A DNA stretch of 64,000 nt from Acutalibacteraceae bacterium. GTDB lineage: Bacteria; Bacillota; Clostridia; Oscillospirales; Acutalibacteraceae. A program made the translations under genes and the position numbers. Below are positions 58,776 to 64,000 of the stretch, in pieces. The stretch lies in the NCBI GenBank assembly GCA_045612765.1, contig JAZKZS010000013.1, positions 5,275 through 69,274 on the forward strand, in the 5' to 3' direction. Position 1 is the first letter of the stretch; every line of letters starts with the position of its first letter. Under the pieces are notes generated by a model, which did not search any database, was not told the DNA's origin, and saw only the letters and a program-made list of their open reading frames with translations.

Positions 58776-58901
58776 ATGAAGGCTACAGGCATTGTTATAA
58801 GAATAGAGGCTCGTGTTATTATAACACAAGAAGTCGCTTAAATCCTTATAAATAATGAACTTGTTGGCGATTTTTCAAGAGAGACTTTTGACAAAAAATA
58901 G
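58776..58901 (+). pseudogene. decayed AbrB/SpoVT/MazE-type (swapped-hairpin) gene remnant
   Basis: It reads MKATGIVIRIEARVIITQEVA-stop-ILINNELVGDFSRETFDKK-stop. The N-terminus resembles the AbrB-family start MKATGIVRR.D.LGRVVIPKEIRR.L.I.EGD, with an apparent 3-residue gap and an in-frame TAA. Confidence 0.35.
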
Positions 58902-58922
58902 CATATTTTGACCTATCATAGC

Positions 58923-58951
58923 AAAAGCGAGGTGAATTTCACCTCGCTTTT
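58923..58951 (-). terminator. terminator after the SSS symporter gene (symmetrical)
   Basis: Stem AAAAGCGAGGTG/CACCTCGCTTTT with loop AATTT. Confidence 0.75.
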
Positions 58952-58976
58952 ATATAAAAATGGTTTTGGGCAAAAA

Positions 58977-60560
58977 TTATAGAGCGTTATGATATGGAAT
59001 AACCCAAAGAACAATCAAGGCTACAGTTACTGCGACACTGAATAACAAGAAACCTATAAGGGTGCGCTTGGTTTTTTTCTGTTCCTTAGGATCATTTTCT
59101 TTTTCGGGAACTAAGAACAATTTTTCTCTGGCTTGTTTTTCTTCATCGGTGGGTTGTGTTAACGCGGAACCAATTACCAAGGCTAAAATATTAGCAACCA
59201 AACCGACAACAAATGAGTCTAAATAAATAGGCAACGTAATACCGCCCACGGCGCTAATAATTTTCATAACGGCGCAACCTATAAATCCACACAACATACC
59301 CGCAAAAGCACCGGTTTTAGTTACCCTCTTGCTCCAGACAGATGCAATGCAAACAGGGAACCAAGAACAAACTACAACAGTACCGCTAAGCAACAAAATA
59401 ACGTATATCTGAGGCGGATTGAAGTATGCAAGAATCATAACTAAGATGCAAACTATTAATATTGCAATCCTACTATAACGCAGTTTTTTTCTATCATCTT
59501 TAAACTCAACAATATCATTTGCTATTGAAGAACCGATGAGGGAAAGGAAGGTTGTAGCAGAGGAAATACCTGCGGCGAGTACACCTGTTAGAGCAACTAT
59601 ACCAATAATAGGAGGAACTAAATTCATAACACCCCAAATCATTGAGTGAACAGGACTTGGAATTACGTCGCTATAAACCTTTAAAAGAGCGCCTGTAGTA
59701 GGAATGAAAAATTCCAATGCAGCAACAAACATAGCGGCCCAAACAGACGAACGAATAACAACGTGCTCGTTCTTTGCCATTAAATAGCGGCTTGACTGCC
59801 AAGGTGCTACCGCACAAACCGCAGTCCAGGTAAGACCGGTCATAATAGCCCAAGCCATATTTTCCGCGCCGGTAGGATAGAGATAATTTAAATCTCCACG
59901 CCAAGATAGTAAAGCATCGTCTAATTTAGTTATATTCTCAATAGCAGTGTTCCAACCACCAAGTTTACCTATAATAATACCAACGGAAATTAGGGAAAAA
60001 ATAGTGAAAATGCTAAACATTAAGGTGTCAGTTATCAAAACACCCTTCGACCCTGATGTAATAGTTAAAATGGCGAAGGTAAGAAGAGCTAAAAATACAC
60101 AAAGATTATAGTTGACGCCGGTTACGTAATTCATTAAAGTTCCAATACCTTGCATTACAGAAAGGGTATATACCGCCATAGTGATAATAGCGGTGATGGC
60201 TGCCAAAACTCTCAGAGGTTTAGAATCGAAGCGTTTTCCAAAAAATTCGGATATAGTAATTGCCTCGCTGCGACGCAGATATTTTCCAAAAAAAACGCTT
60301 CCAAGGACATAACCTCCGATTAACATCATAACCGTCATCATAAATGGGCTGAATAATCCGCTATAAGCTTCTCCGACATCGCCCATAAATAAGCCTGTGG
60401 AACAATATGAAGCAACCAAAGAACCAACAATAAGAAATGTTGGCGCATTACGGCCGGCAACAAAGAAGTCGTTGGCATTTTTTACACCTTTGCTAATGAG
60501 CAAGCCAAGAGCAACATATATAATCATAGAAATTATCATACCGATTAAGTATGCATTCAT
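58977..60560 (-). CDS. sodium:solute symporter (SSS family)
   Basis: 527 aa with about 13-14 TM helices and an N-terminal region ...FFVAGRNAPTFLIVGSLVASY typical of SSS. Confidence 0.85.
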   Translation of the reverse strand: MNAYLIGMIISMIIYVALGLLISKGVKNANDFFVAGRNAPTFLIVGSLVASYCSTGLFMGDVGEAYSGLFSPFMMTVMMLIGGYVLGSVFFGKYLRRSEAITISEFFGKRFDSKPLRVLAAITAIITMAVYTLSVMQGIGTLMNYVTGVNYNLCVFLALLTFAILTITSGSKGVLITDTLMFSIFTIFSLISVGIIIGKLGGWNTAIENITKLDDALLSWRGDLNYLYPTGAENMAWAIMTGLTWTAVCAVAPWQSSRYLMAKNEHVVIRSSVWAAMFVAALEFFIPTTGALLKVYSDVIPSPVHSMIWGVMNLVPPIIGIVALTGVLAAGISSATTFLSLIGSSIANDIVEFKDDRKKLRYSRIAILIVCILVMILAYFNPPQIYVILLLSGTVVVCSWFPVCIASVWSKRVTKTGAFAGMLCGFIGCAVMKIISAVGGITLPIYLDSFVVGLVANILALVIGSALTQPTDEEKQAREKLFLVPEKENDPKEQKKTKRTLIGFLLFSVAVTVALIVLWVIPYHNAL

Positions 60561-60661
60561 TATTTTTTACCTCCTTTATAGTCTTTTGTTATTCGAAAAT
60601 AACAAATAAGGCCGATAGAAAGTAGATATACACCTAGGAAAATTGAAACTATGTATTCCAT
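60560..60661 (-). CDS. 33-aa single-TM ORF, probable symporter small accessory subunit (not in the ORF track)
   Basis: It reads MEYIVSIFLGVYLLSIGLICYFRITKDYKGGKK. The ATG lies 8 nt after AAGGGAG. Its TAA overlaps the symporter ATG (TAATG), and the symporter SD GGAGG lies inside it. Confidence 0.55.
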   Translation of the reverse strand: MEYIVSIFLGVYLLSIGLICYFRITKDYKGGKK

Positions 60662-60706
60662 TTTAAATACTCCCTTTTTAATAAATTTTTATAAGTTTAT
60701 ATTAAA

Positions 60707-62479
60707 TTACCCATGGCTTTCAATTTGTGAATTAAACTCTTTCTGATAACGTTTAAATACAGTCATATATTTGAGCATCAAATCCGCATAATCATTGCCG
60801 CACTTGACCATATAAAGTGCCCATATATACCAATAGTAAAACGATACAGCCGCACAACCGACTATGTGTTGTTTTTCAGAAGCAGTGGGAGTTCGCTGAA
60901 AATAATAATATAGCCACTTGTCAATATCAAAACCCTCCGCATCATTTTTAACAAACAATTTGCAAAGGTCAAAACCAATATCGGTATCACCGGCATATTC
61001 CCAGTCTATTAAATAAAGCTTATTTCCTGAAATTAGCAGATTATCTTCATATAAATCGTTATGTATCATTTGAATAGGCCAATTGTCTGATTTGATTATT
61101 TCGTCTATTTTTTTTATATTGTCTAACTGAGATACGGCAATCTGGTATGCCTCGACATCTAAGGTTTTTATGCCTGCAAGCAGTTTTATAGCCTCATCCA
61201 TATAATCCATACGTTTGCCGCAGGTAATCGGATTATCATGCATTTTTCTAAGAGTCTGACATAGCATTTGCAAACACTTTGAGTTTGCAAAATCAAAATC
61301 ATCGGTTATATTGATAAAATGAGAAATTTTCCAACCGTTCTCATCGTCGCAATAAATATAAGAATCATCTATACCTTGCTGTTTTGCATATTCCAAAGCT
61401 TTTTTCTCACTTTTTCTGTCTATCCATTCAGAAGAAATGTCGCCGGGGTTTCTGTAAACGTAAGATTTTCCTTTACAAATAAAACTGAAAGAATGGTTAG
61501 TGTATCCCTTGTTTATTGGACGAATTTCACAGATATCACCTGGAACACATTTAAGGGTGGAACAGATGTTTTCGATTAAAGCAATGCTGTTGTACTTAAT
61601 ATATTCAGGATCGAATGCCTCCAATTCTGCTATAGAATCAAACTCTATAATCTGTTGAGAGCTATATCTTTTTTCATACAACGGCAGTTCACTAACGTGC
61701 TCGGCATACACTTGCTCCCAATAAAGTCCGTCAGTTCCGGGAGTATCGTATATTTGCTCTAAAATAGGTTTGAATTTGTCGCTGAATTCCTTATTAAAAT
61801 AAGCGTATCCATTCATTACCCATTGGTTAACAGAGGGGCGTTGAGTCGCAACGATAAGTCCCTTGCTATCAGTAAATACTCCGCGCTCACCGTGTAGAAC
61901 TCCTTCCATATAAATGGTAGAATATAAAGAATGGGGTTCGTATTTGTGAAATACTGATTTAGGGAAATAATTATCCGCACAGCATATATAACTGCTTTTC
62001 AAAAAATCTCTTGAGAAATATAAACTAGAATGGGTGTTTTTGTGTCTGTATTCTTTATTTATAACAACTTTAACGTCGAATTTATCAACAAGATATAGAA
62101 ATTTCTCCAACATAGCTCCAAGAACAAGGATAATTTCTTCTATACCGGCTTCTTTCAGCTGTCTGATTTGACGTTCAATTAAAACCTCACCCTTAACAAC
62201 AGTTAAGCCTTTTGGTTTTTCGTAGGAAAAAGGAATAAATCGGGTGCTCATACCGGCAGCAAGAATAATAGCATTTTTAACTTTGTAAGGTTCCATTGCC
62301 TTTATTCCTTCGGGCAATACCTGATAACATTCTGTTACATAACCTTTTTTTCTAAGCTTTGAAATTACAGAATTTACCGTTCCAAGAGAAAGGTCTAATT
62401 CTTCCGAAATCAATCTTTGTGTAGATGACCCGGAATTTTCACAAAAAAATCTAAGCACCTTAAATTCGTTTTGCGTCAT
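60707..62479 (-). CDS. tri-domain protein: winged-helix HTH + LicC-like nucleotidyltransferase + LicA-like choline/ethanolamine kinase
   Basis: There are three recognisable parts. The N-terminus is STQRLISEELDLSLGTVNSVISKLRKKGYV. The NTP-transferase region is AIILAAGMSTRF...KPKG. The kinase region is IHNDLYEDNLLI...LIDWEYAG (Brenner/APH motifs). Confidence 0.75.
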   Translation of the reverse strand: MTQNEFKVLRFFCENSGSSTQRLISEELDLSLGTVNSVISKLRKKGYVTECYQVLPEGIKAMEPYKVKNAIILAAGMSTRFIPFSYEKPKGLTVVKGEVLIERQIRQLKEAGIEEIILVLGAMLEKFLYLVDKFDVKVVINKEYRHKNTHSSLYFSRDFLKSSYICCADNYFPKSVFHKYEPHSLYSTIYMEGVLHGERGVFTDSKGLIVATQRPSVNQWVMNGYAYFNKEFSDKFKPILEQIYDTPGTDGLYWEQVYAEHVSELPLYEKRYSSQQIIEFDSIAELEAFDPEYIKYNSIALIENICSTLKCVPGDICEIRPINKGYTNHSFSFICKGKSYVYRNPGDISSEWIDRKSEKKALEYAKQQGIDDSYIYCDDENGWKISHFINITDDFDFANSKCLQMLCQTLRKMHDNPITCGKRMDYMDEAIKLLAGIKTLDVEAYQIAVSQLDNIKKIDEIIKSDNWPIQMIHNDLYEDNLLISGNKLYLIDWEYAGDTDIGFDLCKLFVKNDAEGFDIDKWLYYYFQRTPTASEKQHIVGCAAVSFYYWYIWALYMVKCGNDYADLMLKYMTVFKRYQKEFNSQIESHG

Positions 62480-62595
62480 TGAAAGAATCTCCTTTGTTCG
62501 TTTTTTGGGTATTTTTTCAAAAAAATGAACACGCTAATAAAAAAATAAGCCAAATATGGTACGCTCTGCTTATAACTTTAATAGCACTGAATAAT

Positions 62596-62624
62596 TATAT
62601 AACATATATAAACGAAAAAGTCAA
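62596..62624 (-). promoter_or_regulatory. sigma-A type promoter for the licC/licA-like gene
   Basis: Minus strand reads TTGACT, a 17-nt spacer ending in TGT, then TATATA. A 19-nt spacer would give TATAAT. Confidence 0.5.
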
Positions 62625-62744
62625 ATTAAAAATTAAACCCAGTGGTATAAATCCTTTTTTAACACAAGCGCTGACGTCACATTTTGAATTAAAGGAGAAA
62701 TGTATATGTGAAAGTAACAGGAGCGCAATGCGGAGCCTTGCAAA

Positions 62745-62850
62745 TTAATAATGAATAGTTAATAATTGAAAGTTGTGCCTTCGGCACGATATATAAATCC
62801 GTCGCGAAGCGACACCAAAATTCTTCATTTTTTATTTTTCATTATTCATT
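62745..62850 (+). repeat. structured AT-armed element B (same family as 58630-58745)
   Basis: Left arm TTAATAATGAATAGTTAATAATTGAAAG, then hairpin GTGCC-TTC-GGCAC (62775-62787) and spacer GATATATAAATCC. Next is hairpin GTCGC-GAA-GCGAC (62801-62813). The right arm ends ...TTTTTCATTATTCATT and is partly complementary to the left arm. Confidence 0.65.
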
Positions 62851-62917
62851 CGCGTAAGCTTAAACCCCAATTTCACATATTAATTTCCAAACTGCGCATA
62901 CTAAAACAGGTGAAATT

Positions 62918-63295
62918 ATGGCTAAAATTATTATGTTTTTAATTGGGTCCTTTGGATATGGTTTAATTGAAATTTTATGGCGTGGACGCACCCATTTTTC
63001 AATGCTTTTGGCAGGCGGTGTTTGCTTTTGCGGTTTTGCATATTTAGGTAAAAAATTAAAACGGTTTAATATGCTTATAAAGGCGGTTACAGGCAGTGCT
63101 TTTGTAACATTTGTCGAGCTTGTTTTTGGTATATTTTTTAACCTTATTTTAAAGCAAAACGTGTGGAATTATTCCGCTCGCCCCTTTAATTTTAAGGGGC
63201 AAATTTGCCTTTTATATTCGGTTTATTGGGCGGCTTTAAGCGTTATTTTTATGCCTTTGGCACAAAAGGTAAATAACCGATTGCAAAACAAATAA
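62918..63295 (+). CDS. small 4-TM membrane protein (resembles the 'putative ABC-transporter type IV' / CmpB-like family)
   Basis: 125 aa starting ...GSFGYGLIEILWRGRTHFSM. SD is AGGTGA. The family assignment is from memory only. Confidence 0.5.
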   Translation: MAKIIMFLIGSFGYGLIEILWRGRTHFSMLLAGGVCFCGFAYLGKKLKRFNMLIKAVTGSAFVTFVELVFGIFFNLILKQNVWNYSARPFNFKGQICLLYSVYWAALSVIFMPLAQKVNNRLQNK

Positions 63296-63323
63296 TTTAT
63301 GGTATAATGTTATTGGTGATATT

Positions 63324-64000
63324 ATGGATTTTTTGCATAGAGCCTGGGCTGAAATTGACACGAAAGCCCTTGTACATAATTTAAAAATCTTCAAAGAAAA
63401 ACTGGGCGACAAAAAGTTTATGGCGGTTGTAAAAGCCAACGCTTATGGTCATTCGGTCATAGATTTATGCCCTGTTTTAGAACAAAACGGGGCTGATTGG
63501 TTTGCCGTTTCAAATATTATTGAAGCTGTCGAATTGCGAGAAATTGGCATAACTAGGCCGATTTTGATTTTGGGATATACCCCAGCCCAAATGGTAATCG
63601 AGCTTGCAAAAAATGACATTTCACAATGTGTTTATTCGACAGAATATGCCGAACAGTTATCCGCTGCGGCTGTTTGTAACGGCGTTAAAATTAAATCGCA
63701 TATAAAGCTTGATACTGGTATGTCCCGCATTGGCTTTAACTGCAGAACTGATGCTTTATGCGAGCTTGAAAATTCAATAAAAGCGGCCACCCTTCCCAAT
63801 ATAGTATGTGAAGGTGTATTCACTCATTTTGCCGTTGCTGACAGAAATGAATTAGAGGAGGACGGCTTTACACAAAAACAATATGATTTATTTAAAAAGT
63901 CTTGCGACCGTTTTAAAGAAGCGGGACTTGATAATTTAATTTTACATTGCTGTAATTCGGCCGGTACACTTTTAGATGATGATAAATATTTAGATATGAC
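63324..64000 (+). CDS. alr: alanine racemase (5' part, runs off the window)
   Basis: Open frame from the ATG at 63324 with no stop. It reads MDFLHRAWAEIDTKAL...AVVKANAYGHS (PLP-lysine motif) ...KLDTGMSRIGF. It is absent from the ORF track because it is truncated. Confidence 0.9.
   Translation, partial: MDFLHRAWAEIDTKALVHNLKIFKEKLGDKKFMAVVKANAYGHSVIDLCPVLEQNGADWFAVSNIIEAVELREIGITRPILILGYTPAQMVIELAKNDISQCVYSTEYAEQLSAAAVCNGVKIKSHIKLDTGMSRIGFNCRTDALCELENSIKAATLPNIVCEGVFTHFAVADRNELEEDGFTQKQYDLFKKSCDRFKEAGLDNLILHCCNSAGTLLDDDKYLDM

Noticed and set aside
58647-58829. 60-aa minus-strand ORF
   Set aside because: It runs through element A and the AbrB-like remnant on the other strand, has no SD and gives an AT-rich junk translation.
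62672-62679. 8-bp palindrome TGACGTCA
   Set aside because: It is short enough to occur by chance many times in 64 kb and has no flanking extension.
62479-62748. 89-aa plus-strand ORF upstream of the licC/licA-like gene
   Set aside because: It starts inside the divergent gene's start region and covers its promoter. It has no SD and is AT-rich.
1-64000. Search for CRISPR arrays, rRNA, tmRNA/SRP/RNase P-like RNAs, transposases, integrases, phage modules, restriction-modification or other defence operons
   Set aside because: I saw no direct-repeat/spacer arrays. No intergenic region exceeds about 440 nt, and none shows signature motifs of these RNAs. Every long ORF is accounted for by housekeeping or transporter families.

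Overview
The window looks like a core chromosomal segment of a low-GC, endospore-forming member of the Clostridia. All calls rest on reading the ORF translations and the DNA by eye, with no database search. I support about 70 protein genes, roughly 60 of them on the minus strand, and two tRNAs: Leu-UAA and Lys-UUU.

The content is mostly housekeeping:
- Replication and transcription: dgt-dnaG-rpoD and dnaE.
- Chromosome segregation: scpA and scpB.
- Sporulation: spoIIGA-sigE, spoIIR, ytfI and ytfJ.
- Central metabolism: pflB-pflA, gap, pgi and pfkA.
- Ribosome and GTPases: rpmB, rpmE, yceD-rpmF, der-plsY-gpsA and ychF.
- Other: mnmA, ispE, murB, hprK, whiA and a partial alr.

I see no rRNA, no CRISPR array, no prophage, no transposase or integrase, and no recognisable defence system.

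The unusual material is small and mostly non-coding:
1. A DUF559 endonuclease ORF is packaged between perfect 23-bp hairpin-forming terminal inverted repeats. It is wedged between whiA and dnaE and supplies the last 13 codons of whiA.
2. An ORF-less element at 33.2-33.4 kb has the same hairpin architecture.
3. Two about 110-nt elements at 58.6 and 62.8 kb share AT-rich arms and conserve two hairpin positions while the hairpin sequences differ. They bracket an AT-richer 4-kb islet. The islet holds an HTH-LicC-LicA fusion, an SSS symporter with an untracked 33-codon accessory ORF, and a decayed AbrB-like gene.
4. 19-bp direct repeats bracket a 0.9-kb two-gene islet containing a frameshifted lipoprotein gene.
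5. A terminator-like hairpin abuts the pflB Shine-Dalgarno sequence.
6. An inverted 17-nt copy of the tRNA-Lys T-arm lies next to the tRNA.

All mechanistic readings of these are inference.
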